NCBI GenBank assembly: GCA_024704765.1
Contig: JAKMXF010000022.1
Coordinates: 372,001 to 436,000 of the forward strand
Reading direction: 5' to 3'
DNA from: Oopsacas minuta
Lineage: Eukaryota; Animalia; Porifera
DNA length: 64,000 bases
Shown piece after piece: positions 10,101 to 21,232 of this stretch (its first letter is position 1; each line of letters begins with the position of its first letter). The notes beneath the pieces are model-generated. The model was not told the origin of the DNA. It was given only the letters and a program-made list of their open reading frames with translations, and did not search any database. The position numbers were made by a program, and so were the translations under genes.

Positions 10101-13100
10101 ATATACAAGAATAATAATCAAAAGGCCAAATGGCATGTCCTTATGTATACGAATATAGTGGTGAATAATACCGCGATTCTTGATGAGCTGAACAGATACA
10201 AATGGTATCACCCAATACTTATAACCTTCAGCATAGAATCAATGAAAGATAAATTTCAATTCGATTCTTCTAAAATCGTTGTTAGCATTGTGAGCTCTAC
10301 AATGCTTGAAAAGTTACAGAAAATGAAAAACTTTGATTTTGTCAAGGAACTAGGAAATCAATGGATTAGATACCAAATTCCGGTCAGTTGAATTTTAAAA
10401 TATTCAGTTTATAATTTACGATTTTACTAACAAGATTTATTTAATCAGGCTAAACTCTCAAATAACCTTTGTCCTCATAACAACAAACAAGAATGTCATA
10501 TACAATCTCAATTACAGACAAGCATGGTATGTCTATTACCGGGATTACAACTACTCTCTTATGCTATCTCTCTGCTACTTATCAACGAGAAGAGACACAG
10601 GCATCAGCAGCTAGCAGAAGAAGCAAGAGAGTACAGTAGAGATTTAAACTTAATACCGCACAAGTTCGTCTGCATAGTAAGCGTTAGTATAGCAACCAAA
10701 CTAACATTTAGTTATTTAATAATTGCTAAAATATAGATTGTACTAATTATTTTAACTCTCTAGATATATGCATGAAGCGAGAGAGCTGTATGACCGTGAA
10801 GAGGAGTGGGGATGGAGCGCTATGAGTAGATGGGAGTTGTTAGATCTCCCAATCGTGTGCAGAGAGTTACAAAACAGCTGTTTTATAAGTTATCTACTAA
10901 AGAATAGTATGCCTGTACCACTGAGAGTAGGAAACAACACAGGAGAGCTGGAATGGAAGATATTACGTGCTTACAGTAAGTTCAGTTTACATAGCTGGGA
11001 GGAATACCTGTTACTAATGGAGAATAGAGGGAGCAGATATTTATACAGGATAGTTAATACAATAGAATATCAATCAGAAATGGTTATGATAACTGAGAAG
11101 AAGAGTGGAGGACTCATATTGGTACAAGAGGGAGAGAATAATCCAATGGACAAGTTAGATCAATATCACAATTTGTTAAAACAACAGGAGAAATATCTAA
11201 CTTCAACACGATACCCGATGCTATTCTCAATTCATCTCGTATTGAGTACCAACAGTCTGTATACGGAGTTATTAAATATCAAACTGAATACGCTAATACA
11301 AGATTTTCCGGAACTAGATATACAATTCTGGGACAAGAATAGAGATCCTGATTTCTTATTAGATATCGTTTCAGTACTTAATTCGAATAACGTGGTGTTA
11401 TCTAATAACCTTAACAAGATGCCAGACTATAATATTATCGAGAAGTGTTATTCTCATACACAAGTAGGTGTACAGATATTCCCAATCCCTGGTTCTAACG
11501 AGTGTATATGTGTTTCTATAGAAGATTATGTACGAGCTATAAAAGGACACACAGACAATTTAAAGTCACTCTCTGACATAAATACACTATTCAAAAATTT
11601 AAAGACTGTCACATTCCTTCAATAATAAATACAAATAATAATATATACATATATATCCAATTATTATATTTTATTCTTGTTTTTGGAAATGAAAATATAT
11701 TTAGTAATAAATAAATATATTACCTGAATGCAAGGGTAAAATTGTTGAAGAATTATTTCTGCTCGTCCTTCTTCAGGAAGATTTTCACAGAAAACTAACA
11801 TATTTAAAATATAAAATGATAGGAAATAGTATACAGAGTTAAATGTAAATAGAGCGAATTTCTAGCCCCATACAAATGGGGAACGGGGTAACATTTTTCG
11901 GCCCTGACACCCCTTTCGTGGAGATTACACTGTATGCATATAAAATAACACCTTTGATTTTGCTGGCAGCTGCAGCTCTCACTTCAGCCTCTGCGTCTTT
12001 GAGCAGATTAGAAAATGCAGGAACAAGATCCTTCTTTGTCAGAACAGGACCTATCGATGTTTGTAGCTAGAAACGATAAAATATTAAAGGAATTTGCGGA
12101 TAATAAGGTTAACTAGAGTATAACTGTTACCTCTTCAAACTTGTCTGTTACCATGTATCTAACCCTCCAAGATTTGTCCTACAATAGAATAAATAGAAAT
12201 TTATTTCTCCTCTACCGAAATCTAATTAGTACCTTACTTTGCATTTTGAGGTAAGAACTGGCATTAAAAGTTGTTCTGCTTCTGACTTATCTAGAATGTA
12301 TGCTATTGATACACAAGCTGATATAACGAGTAATCGTACTGAATCCTGAGTGAGAGAAAGAAAATATATACGCAAATGAATCTCATAATATATTACTAAC
12401 TAGATTATACCTGATCGTCTTCTGCTAGTGCAGAGAAGAGAGGAATGAGATCTCCCTTTACATGCTCTTTATCCATCACTTTAGCTATTTCCTATACGAT
12501 TTCCGAAATAGAAGTTAATCCGATTTGTATAATCAGTATTGTAACTAACCCCTATTTTTCCTGCTGCTGCTCTTCGTACCATGGGTGTGTCATCTTGACA
12601 TAAGTTCTTTAAATGCCTAATTAGAAGATAAGCTATAAATTGTACTGATACATGTAGATAACTAATCTTACATTCTCAACTCTTCCTGTGTCTGTTGAGA
12701 CACCTTCTGATAGACAACTGAGTATAGACCACAGGCTGATGTACGTGAAGTAAACCACTCAGCTTTATGAGAAATTTGTAATTATCAAATTATAGTAATT
12801 TGGATAAAAATAACTTTACAACCTGTAGTTAATCTTTTTATTAAAGGTATGTAGTGATCTTGTAAATCTTTTGTAGCATGTGAGCTCACAAGATTTCGAA
12901 GTGATTCTACAGCCTAAGTTTATATCCATAAAATAATAATAAAATAATAAAATAACAATTTACTCCTATGTAGAGAGAATTTTTACATTAAAACCCTATC
13001 CCCTCAGAAAACAAAGCGAGCTTTCACTAATCTGAAAAAAACTTGAACTTTCAACCACTCAAAAGTGAATAGAAAAATCTTGCCGAAATATATGTAAATT

Positions 13101-14619
13101 GATAAAAAAAAATACTTTATTTATATGTAGACGAGATTTTTTATTATCACTTTTCACTGTTGGGAATGTCACTTTTTTTATTCTGATGGATAGGGTATTC
13201 AATAACTTCCGCAGACATAAGTAAACCCTAAAAGAAAATACTATACTAATGCGGCGAATTCATAGTAGTGTTGTATAATATTTTGAGGCATGTATTATAT
13301 TACCATGGATATTCAACATCTATAATATTTTGGGGGGAATGCTGCAAATTAAATATTATACAAAAGTACTATCAGGCGGTATCCATGATCATTCTTGAAG
13401 ATAATCTGTATATGTGAGATAAGGTTAAAGTAATACAAGCTAATGATGATATATTATACCATGATCGTTGTAGTATAACGGATTTCAATACTCATAAAAT
13501 ATAAAATGTAGTGAAGATATTGGATTGTTTATTAAATCCATACAAACATCTCACCTTATCTCTTACAAATGTTTCCTCCACCATCGCCAGATTCTCCAAT
13601 GGGGCCTAGCACAAATAAATAAGAATGAATTTATACACAGTGTATATTAACCATGGATTAACTTTTATTGCTATTTTAAAAACTCACCAGGAGACAATGT
13701 GCATACTCTTGTCCTCCAACAAGATGTATGAAGCCCTTATCACCTAACTATAAACAAAATAAGAGTAAATATATCCAAATATATGTAGAAGAGATAGCAT
13801 ACGAACTTGTTCAGCTAGTGCATGCAGTACTTCATCCTCATCATCAATTGTATCTGAAAATACATGTGAGATTACTGTATGTAAACTGTACAGTGAATAG
13901 AATAGTTGAGAAAGATAGTAACCAACCTGTGAGGAAAGGTATAAGTTCCTTTCTAGTACGTTCACATCCAAGTGCAAGTGCTATGGTACTTAGTTTACGA
14001 ATTGAATTCAATCTGAGCTATAAGATACATTATGAAGGGATTTATAATCACATTGACTATCAGAGACCCTAGATAATCTGAACAGCGGGAATTCAAATCT
14101 ATTTTTATTTGATATCCATACTACTTCACTACAGACTCTTTTCTAACAGTATGATTAGGTTAAATAACTTAGCTACATAGCTGTGGTGATATAAGTATTA
14201 ATACAAAATATTCCTATTATAAATCCACACATACTAATTACTTCACGTACAAATAACCGATAATATTTATTATTTATAATCACGTATCTGAACAACTCTT
14301 GAATATCGGAACTAAGAGACTGAGTTGCTCAGATAACGAGGGTGTGGTGTATACTAGAATTACTCCATCAGTGAGAAGTGTCTCTACATGATGCTGAGCA
14401 CCGTTCAGTAGTCTAACATGTAAACACATCATTTGAAGCATACAATTACAAGTGACAGATCGATAATATAGTATGAAATGATAATAAATTGTGGGTGACT
14501 TTTATTGAAATTGAATAGTGTCAGTTAGTTACCTGGACATCTTCATTTCTCAGCTCATCAATAAGCACAGCAATTGGGTATAGGGAGTCCTCATCCACGC
14601 CATCTTGAGTTGAAGCCAT
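7117..14619 (-). CDS. PPP2R1A: Protein phosphatase 2A scaffold subunit A (HEAT repeats), ~23 exons
   Basis: Exons translated by hand: [127 protein letters not shown]. Last-exon choice (7151-7117) is less certain. Confidence 0.97.
8695..9255 (+). CDS. IFT22: Intraflagellar transport protein 22 (RABL5), nested antisense in PP2A-A intron
   Basis: [45 protein letters not shown] match IFT22; intronless; lies in host intron 8621-11723. Confidence 0.95.
   Translation: MSTAKLIIVGPCKSGKTYFANFLASSTTASSGEYYPTKGVRILEFSSATNLPQTGKPVDCEIELWDCSGDRTYEACWPAITNGAQGVLLLYNQDQFEAYEVESFYKDFVGKIGLKEYQCLLIANKKSSVQGRTIPSPIPNVKQIHTDLGQDPDYVRTEFNEFLGRIFSGIKNVQDQEELGIVGNTQ
9723..11625 (+). CDS. Diverged chondroitin polymerizing factor / chondroitin synthase-like type II membrane protein, 3 exons, nested
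   Basis: Track ORFs 9723, 10524 and 10768 join: exon 9723-10382, 66-nt intron (GTCAGT...AATCAG), exon from 10449 in frame with MVCLL, phase-2 donor at 10631 or 10664, exon 10764-11625. N-terminal TM; Fringe/GT31-like [21 protein letters not shown]; C-terminal [17 protein letters not shown] resembles CHPF FLNRCRMHAISGWQAFFP. Confidence 0.6.
12993..13196. mobile_element. Foldback MITE with long imperfect TIRs in a PP2A-A intron
   Basis: ACCCTATCC...GGATAGGGT termini; subterminal arms (aaaagtgaatagaaaaatct vs reverse complement of agattttttattatcactttt) are also inverted. CCCT/AGGG ends with degenerate TTAA are piggyBac-like. Confidence 0.6.
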
Positions 14620-15148
14620 TATATCAAATTAAAAGATCGGAATATGTAATATAATAAATAATAACTATTCCTAATGAATGGTACTACTAGCTAGAAAGAT
14701 AACAATTCAATAGAAAATGTGTAGTTTGTCAAAATATGGAGAGGTAAGAACTTTTGTAAAGGGTATTCCCCATTTAACTCATAAAGCCTAATAACCAACA
14801 TGTTCTATCCTGCAGTTTCTCACACAAATAGCAAATGGGCTTATGGATAAGATCAGATTTAGTTCAATGTATGCTGTAGTAAGATTGAAATTTGATAAGT
14901 CAGCAAAAGCCAACGAGATTTTAACTCTAAGTCACTAAACAGTTTAGAGGCAAACTGTGGGCTAGTAAAACACATTTCTATGTTTTAAAGGTAAATAATA
15001 TTTGAGTAAAAAAGTTTGGGTTGAAAAAACAAATAATTAATAGAGCAAATAACATTCAAGTAGTCCTAAGTAAAATAAAGTGATAAATGAACACACTAAT
15101 AGGATGTGCGTATGTGCATGTGTGGGTATTGACAACACAAGCGAAACA

Positions 15149-15337
15149 TCAAATAATAGAACAGCAAGAAGTCCCCTGTTTGAGGAAAGGGTTTTGACTT
15201 TTGGGGAGTCCGTCTCTGAGAGGGTCTGGCTCTGTGGTACAGAATCTCACTATCTCGACTGAGCTCTCTGACATTTTTATTCGAGGATTATCCAGCTCTT
15301 TCTTGTACTGTTCGATCTGTATTTTAATTCTTTCCAT
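15149..15337 (-). CDS. GNG: Heterotrimeric G-protein gamma subunit
   Basis: 62 aa; RIKMSESSVEIVRFC, DPL, NPF and a C-terminal CAAX (CSII). Confidence 0.93.
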   Translation of the reverse strand: MERIKIQIEQYKKELDNPRIKMSESSVEIVRFCTTEPDPLRDGLPKSQNPFLKQGTSCCSII

Positions 15338-15568
15338 TGTAGTGAGGATGGTTGTTGTAAAGTGCTAATTCGGTGCTTCATATATAGAATGAATAAAAGG
15401 AATATTCGAGGAAATTTGATAAAATAAAATTTAGAACAAAGTCTATTTGGCTATGTTAGACAGAGCAAATTCGATTTGGCTCTCAAACGTAAACTTATTC
15501 GGTTTAAAATATACCTTTATGAGTAATCTATCATTTTGATAAAGTGAAAAAACCATATATTTGAATAA

Positions 15569-16205
15569 CTAATAGAAGTTTCCTTCTATATCAGGATGCT
15601 TATATGTAGGAATAGGCATGAATTCTGGCAGCCAGAATATCCTAGTGATGTCTCCAGTTATTTTCTGTTTGCTCATTTCTTCAAATTCTTCTAAATTAGG
15701 CATGAGAGGGGGTAGAGGGTTACCCTTATATTCTATAAAAGCAGATTTTTGGTTTGTATTAACTCTATTGGGACCTGGGAATATAGATACATAGTCTCCC
15801 CGAATACCAGAATATCTCTCTGCTATGTCATACAGTTGTGGGACTAGGTAGAGTTGCTATAGTATTAAAATGTAATGTTTATAATTATGTATATAACTTG
15901 AAATGATAAAAACTTACATTGCGAAGTAGAATCATTATCTCCTTTCGACTGGCTGGATCATCAATCTTTGCATAATCTATCAACTACGAAAAGGTATATA
16001 TGTATTAACAATTATCCGGTGGATAAATTAATGACGTAGAAGGTCGTATTCTCACCAGATTCGCTTCCTTTTTAAGAATTTTAGCTCTATGGGGAGTGAT
16101 AAGCAGACGTTCATATTTAACTAACTGCTGAATTAGAATTCTAAGCTTTCTAATATGCTCTGAATACATCGCATGTAACTGAAAGGCTTTCCACTTTCCT
16201 GGCAT
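15569..16205 (-). CDS. MRPL17: Mitochondrial ribosomal protein L17, 3 exons
   Basis: Exon 1 16205-16056 (LIQQLVKYERLLITPHRAKILKKEANL), exon 2 LIDYAKIDD..., exon 3 includes AFIEYKGKPLPPL (MRPL17 IEYKGN.LPPL); TAG 15571-15569. Confidence 0.88.
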
Positions 16206-16468
16206 CTCACAATTGTTTCTATGCTATTTACACACAAATATATACAATCTTAATATGGAGTACTAATGAATAGAAGAAGTATACACATAAGATAATAGTT
16301 ACGAATAAACGTGATGTTACTTACAAACATATGTTCATTACAGTTCAAAGATAAGAAGAAAACAATATACGTATACAAACATTAGCATTCACACCAAAAT
16401 CCTGTAAAATCCTCCAATGTATAAATAAGAAGTAAAAACTGTAAAAAAAATTAAAAGAGCCTCAACCG

Positions 16469-17701
16469 TCAACTCTCAGTAGAATCGTCCTTCAAATCTG
16501 AAATAGATTTTTCCTGTGAATAATCTTCACTCTTGGCAAGAACATTGAACCTAGCTAGATTAATACAAATTTTGTTATGATTTAACTCCAACAAATTCAC
16601 AAAAGTATATCCAAACGATATCTCCGCGCCCCTATATGATGTCATTACCTGTGTAGTAGACCCTGTACCCTCTACAATACCCTCTAACACTACAACTATC
16701 TCGAAATTATCTTGTCTCAATTGTATGGGAGATATCTTGAAGAGGGGACTAGAGGGATTGATCTCATGGCAAACCTCTGATGGTAAAATCAGCTGTAACC
16801 GGTCAATACCTTCATCATACCCAACATCTAAGTTATTACAGTCATAATGAATCCCATTTTTACCTGCTGCATCGCTGAGATAGAACAGAAATAGTTTTAC
16901 GTGTGGTTCTACTAGTTTAACCTTCCTGATATCTGTAACACGAAACTTAAACCACCATCTGTCATTCCTATCTCTACATACACAAGCTTTACTACTAAAA
17001 AGAATGGTTGCTTTACGTCGGTAAGGTCTAGATATTTTCGTGACAATAAGCGCGAGGTAGAAAGCATCTATAAATAACCCTGCAATCGTCTGAGTGAAGA
17101 GAATCAAGAAATCTGGAATACAACTATAATCAGACCTAGGATAACGATGTCCGAAACCAATAGTAGACTGTACTTCTATCGATAAGAAAAAAGCCGAAAG
17201 TGGATCGTCAACTCCCTGTACACATGTGGTATTTTTATCATCATGGTCTGGAATAAAAGAAGCACCATACCAGAAAATCCCGAACATTAGATAACTAAAA
17301 ATATATGTGAATATTATTAGCAAAATAAATACCCACCACTTGCAGTCTATCAGTGTAGTGTACACATCGAAAACATATGCCTTACCTCTCTGAGAGTTTG
17401 AACTCTTAAGTAAAACTCCAGATGTTCCATTCTTGTGTACCAATCGGTTTGGGAGGTGTGTGTGTGTTGGTACACTTAATGATGAGTTTATTGAACCCCC
17501 CCTGTATTTACTATCCATTACATACTCATTGTTATGAACTGAGTGTAATGAGAACCTAGTTTGTGTCTGATCGGTATTAGCTTTGAATTGAACATTCGAA
17601 AGACTAGATTCTGATTCAATCAGGGGCTCACTGCAGGCCATGCTAGAATACTGCCTCACACTATAATCACACAGAATAGATTGCTCGTCAATATAACGCA
17701 T
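16469..17701 (-). CDS. KCNJ: Inward-rectifier potassium channel (Kir)
   Basis: DVYTTLIDCKWW, CVQGV, AFFLSIEVQSTIGFGHR, KISRP..R, HEINPSSPL, FEIVVVLEGIVE; intronless. The real start may be the downstream Met (MACSEP). Confidence 0.96.
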   Translation of the reverse strand: MRYIDEQSILCDYSVRQYSSMACSEPLIESESSLSNVQFKANTDQTQTRFSLHSVHNNEYVMDSKYRGGSINSSLSVPTHTHLPNRLVHKNGTSGVLLKSSNSQRGKAYVFDVYTTLIDCKWWVFILLIIFTYIFSYLMFGIFWYGASFIPDHDDKNTTCVQGVDDPLSAFFLSIEVQSTIGFGHRYPRSDYSCIPDFLILFTQTIAGLFIDAFYLALIVTKISRPYRRKATILFSSKACVCRDRNDRWWFKFRVTDIRKVKLVEPHVKLFLFYLSDAAGKNGIHYDCNNLDVGYDEGIDRLQLILPSEVCHEINPSSPLFKISPIQLRQDNFEIVVVLEGIVEGTGSTTQVMTSYRGAEISFGYTFVNLLELNHNKICINLARFNVLAKSEDYSQEKSISDLKDDSTES

Positions 17702-17870
17702 ATCAAAACGAATATTCTATTCCCATATAAATACAATATATAACTTAATATAACTAGAATGATCTAATAAATAAAATACCTAAATAAATTGTATTTAATA
17801 CAGTCACTACAAATCAATGTATAAATGTATAAAATTGTGCTTTCACATACTATACATAAATTCATTAACA

Positions 17871-19337
17871 TCAGGGTGGTGTAATATTGACATTAATAAC
17901 TTGATCATCAGCTGACTCGTGGGTTATGGTTATAATATCAACATTTCGTACAACAGTATATTTGATGTCAGTTGCCACTATCACTTTTGGGTTACCGCTA
18001 TAGTGTCTATTAGTATTCACATAGATTTGTGTCGTAGTGTCGGGAATGTGTTGACGAGTTCTATACACTAAATTAAATTCGGAATCTTTCGAATTGAAAG
18101 AAATGCTCTCAACCTCTCCAGCTACAACCAGAGGGTAGCTTCGACTTAAAATGTCAGAAATCTTCTGATTAACCTCTCCAGTCTCAGGGTCGAACAGTCC
18201 TGAACAGTCCCCAGTAATATTTCCGTATAGTTTGTACATCCAACCTGTCCATGATTGTTTGTACTCGTCACAAGCATTCAAAACCTTTTCTATTAGGTCA
18301 GCTCCATTCCCACAGATTGCGTACTCTGTTAGGAAACCGCCACATTTTAGTTTTTCAAGATCTGCCATTCTAACTTCAAACTGTTCCTTAACAAATGGCA
18401 TATCAGGTGGTACATAATAATGGTATGATAGGACACTTCTGTTCCGGTACAGGTCCCCTCCTGGTACCTCTTTGAACCCTGTACCTAAATCCGCCCAGGT
18501 TACCGGTTCAAACATTATCACATGGTTCTGATCAACTTCTCTGATAGCAGAGCTCAGCTTTTGATAAAGTGGTGCCAGATTTCTGAGGTCAGCTTCACCA
18601 GGATCCACTAGCCATGGTTTAGTGTACAAGTCTCCTAACCAAGGTTCATTTATCAGCTCATAACCTATAACAGATTTATGGTCTTTGAATTCAGAAGCAG
18701 TTTTCTTCCAAAACCCTGCTAGACTGTCTAAAATTCCGTCTGTGTTATCGTAGATATTCTGGAATGCAGCTCCTGCAGCTGTCGTAGCGTAGTATTCAGC
18801 CCAGAGATGTTCTAAACAATTTGTTTTATTTGGGATTTGTTCCATACTTGAAAAACTGAAAGGAAAAGGAAATTTCGAAGCATTTCCTGTATTTATAGCC
18901 CAGCTAGGAGCCCCTTCCCCACAGAACTTTTCAGATAGCACATCTTGATGCATATCGAGTATCGTATAAATATTGTATTTATAAGCTTTGTCTACTATAG
19001 ATCGAATCGCCTCGTAGTAAGTCTCATTAAATTGGCCTTTCTGAGGCTCCGCCCCCGGCCACATTAATCCAAGTCGGATTACATTGAGGCCGAGTCCCGA
19101 GAGTATCTTCATGTCCTTCTCCACGAAGGAGTGGATTGGGTTGAAGGAATCAGTCCTAGGGACATAGGGAGGAACTTTATATACAACATTGACTCCATGG
19201 AAATATACCTCACGGCCAAACTTGTCGATTAGACGTTTTGTTTCAGGATTGACACTTATGGAGCCAAGGTTTTGAAGAGTTGCAGCAAGCGATATGCCCA
19301 GTGTTAAGAAGAATAAAATGTAGATTTCCTGATTCAT
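17871..19337 (-). CDS. Secreted endoglycoceramidase (GH5)
   Basis: Signal peptide; FHGVNVVYK, GLNVIRLG, ILDMHQD, catalytic GYELINEP and FLTEY, SYHYY; C-terminal beta domain; intronless. Confidence 0.9.
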   Translation of the reverse strand: MNQEIYILFFLTLGISLAATLQNLGSISVNPETKRLIDKFGREVYFHGVNVVYKVPPYVPRTDSFNPIHSFVEKDMKILSGLGLNVIRLGLMWPGAEPQKGQFNETYYEAIRSIVDKAYKYNIYTILDMHQDVLSEKFCGEGAPSWAINTGNASKFPFPFSFSSMEQIPNKTNCLEHLWAEYYATTAAGAAFQNIYDNTDGILDSLAGFWKKTASEFKDHKSVIGYELINEPWLGDLYTKPWLVDPGEADLRNLAPLYQKLSSAIREVDQNHVIMFEPVTWADLGTGFKEVPGGDLYRNRSVLSYHYYVPPDMPFVKEQFEVRMADLEKLKCGGFLTEYAICGNGADLIEKVLNACDEYKQSWTGWMYKLYGNITGDCSGLFDPETGEVNQKISDILSRSYPLVVAGEVESISFNSKDSEFNLVYRTRQHIPDTTTQIYVNTNRHYSGNPKVIVATDIKYTVVRNVDIITITHESADDQVINVNITPP

Positions 19338-20324
19338 TTATATTTCTACATCAATACACCTTATTGTGAAAGTACTGAGAGTATTACTCATAAGGGACCG
19401 AGAGCATCTTCACTATTCAGCATATACATATAAAGTCGAGCCTAACCAGGTTTTGCTGTGCGGGCCTTCTACGGACCTGCGGATTAGTATATTCGAGGGC
19501 CTACAAAAATTTTCAGATACCATATATTAATATTAGGCCCCTACTACAAGCCCTTAGCTAAGCCTCTACTTGTATATATTGGTTGTAGTACAGTATTATT
19601 GGATTTAATGTGACACTATTCTAAGTGGTATTTCAGATTTCTACCTTGCTTTGATGTCAAGGAATGCTTCTGGATTGTGTCCAGATGTTTTAACTACACG
19701 TTAGTTGTGATTCTGGGTATTTTTAGCGCGATAAAAGGGAGTTGAATGAGATATTTGTGGAATTAGCGAGGATATTGGATGTAATTCGTAAGTGGAGTAT
19801 TATTGCATTTCATGAAGCTATTTTCTAATTGTTTCTAGAATTTTTCATTGGAATACTCCACGGACCTGTGTGGATTTGATCATGCGTATTAGGCTCGGTG
19901 GGCTGTGCTTGCTTGGCTTTTTATTATATGCTCAGTACTTAGTGAGCATACTCTCAGTACTGTTTGATACCTACAATACAATGGGTTGTTAAATGTAATT
20001 TGGTGTTAAAGTACAGCTTGTTTCTATTAATTTGTTAGACCTACCATGCAAAAACCGTTTTAGACCAGAGGTTTCCTAATTTGACGATCTGGCCAGCCCT
20101 AGTTAGTTATAGTTTCAAGGCCAGGAAAACGACCATTTTATCAAATAAAACTCGTTCCGTGAGGCCAAGAACGGATGTTTAAAGGTGCATAATATTTTGC
20201 CAGTGTTGATAAATTTGAATTTTCAGAAAATTTTATTTTTGAGTGAACTAGTGTTTTCAGAATTTCAGAGTTGGAATTGGTTCACTTTTCAGAGGATTGG
20301 AACTGGACCCGAAAACCAGAACCC

Positions 20325-20470
20325 AATTTCAATACCCTGTTTGTTATAACAAAGTGCTCGAGAACTTAAATTCATTTGGTTATAAACGGAATCTAGTGTA
20401 AACCGAGTAAAATCAGTTATTTTCAAGATATGGGGTTAAAGAGTCACTTCGTTATAACGGGGGGAGTTTT
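20325..20470. mobile_element. Degenerate pogo/Tigger-type MITE fragment
   Basis: gttataacaaagtgctcg resembles gttataaccaagtgctgg at 45471; the right end ttcgttataacgg...gagtt is a decayed inverse of CAGTAAACTCTCGTTATAAC. Confidence 0.35.
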
Positions 20471-20964
20471 GAAACCGTTGAAACCCGATATTTTGCACAT
20501 AATTCCACGAAAGATTTATTAAATTTATATACTAGCTATTTGGTACTTGTCTTCACAATCTAACTTTAAAATTTAGTCACTTGCTCGCAGTTGCATTTAT
20601 ATACTATATGTATGGCATAGCTTCTGATAACTAATCCAGATGAGTTAATTAAAGCAGCCGTACGGTTAGTATGTAATTCAAGAAACCTACTTTTGACAAC
20701 AAATAGCAAATCCTAACAATTTATGAGAATAATTTATCAATTGAACAATGTTATGTTTTATAGGAATTCTGTGTAAATATTTAGTGCCTATTTTAACGAT
20801 GCCATTGTATGTGAAGTCATAGGTTCAGGCACATGCTAAGATCAAATTCAACAAATGTGTTAATGTTAAATTGTTAACCATGCATAGTGATAGTGTCCCA
20901 GCAACTACTTTTTCTACAATTAATATTATGAATAACGATTAAATTTGTAAATTGTTTGCAATCA

Positions 20965-21170
20965 GAAGCGCGCTCCGGTGTAAGTGTCCACTCATCCTAA
21001 AACAGAGCGGGCTCCACCTTCCGCTCCTTTAATGCTCTGGCCAAATGGCGAATTACGATCCCACCTATCTCTAAGCGTTAAAAAGCGGTTGTTTACCGAG
21101 TATATATTGCAGTAAATGCACCAAACGGTTAATCCGCCAAATTTGTAACGGAGAAGTGGCGGTTCTTTAT
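20965..21170 (+). promoter_or_regulatory. CpG-enriched probable promoter at the point where gene strands diverge
   Basis: Local CG enrichment (gcgcgctccgg, gagcgggc, ccaaatggcg YY1-like) just upstream of ATG 21233; minus-strand genes lie to the left, plus-strand genes to the right. Confidence 0.4.
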
Positions 21171-21232
21171 CTACTCTATAAATTTGATATAATACTATTA
21201 TTGATAAAATTGATTACTATTCAGACGAACTA

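Noticed and set aside
7903-14072. ORFs 7903, 8670, 9713, 11232, 11876, 13728, 13744
   Set aside because: Exon-plus-intron read-throughs or antisense/off-frame shadows of PP2A-A, IFT22 and the CHPF-like gene.
14322-14402. snoRNA candidate in PP2A-A intron 1 (TGCTCAG...CTGAGCA)
   Set aside because: Only a 7-bp inverted repeat; no correctly placed box C on the host strand.
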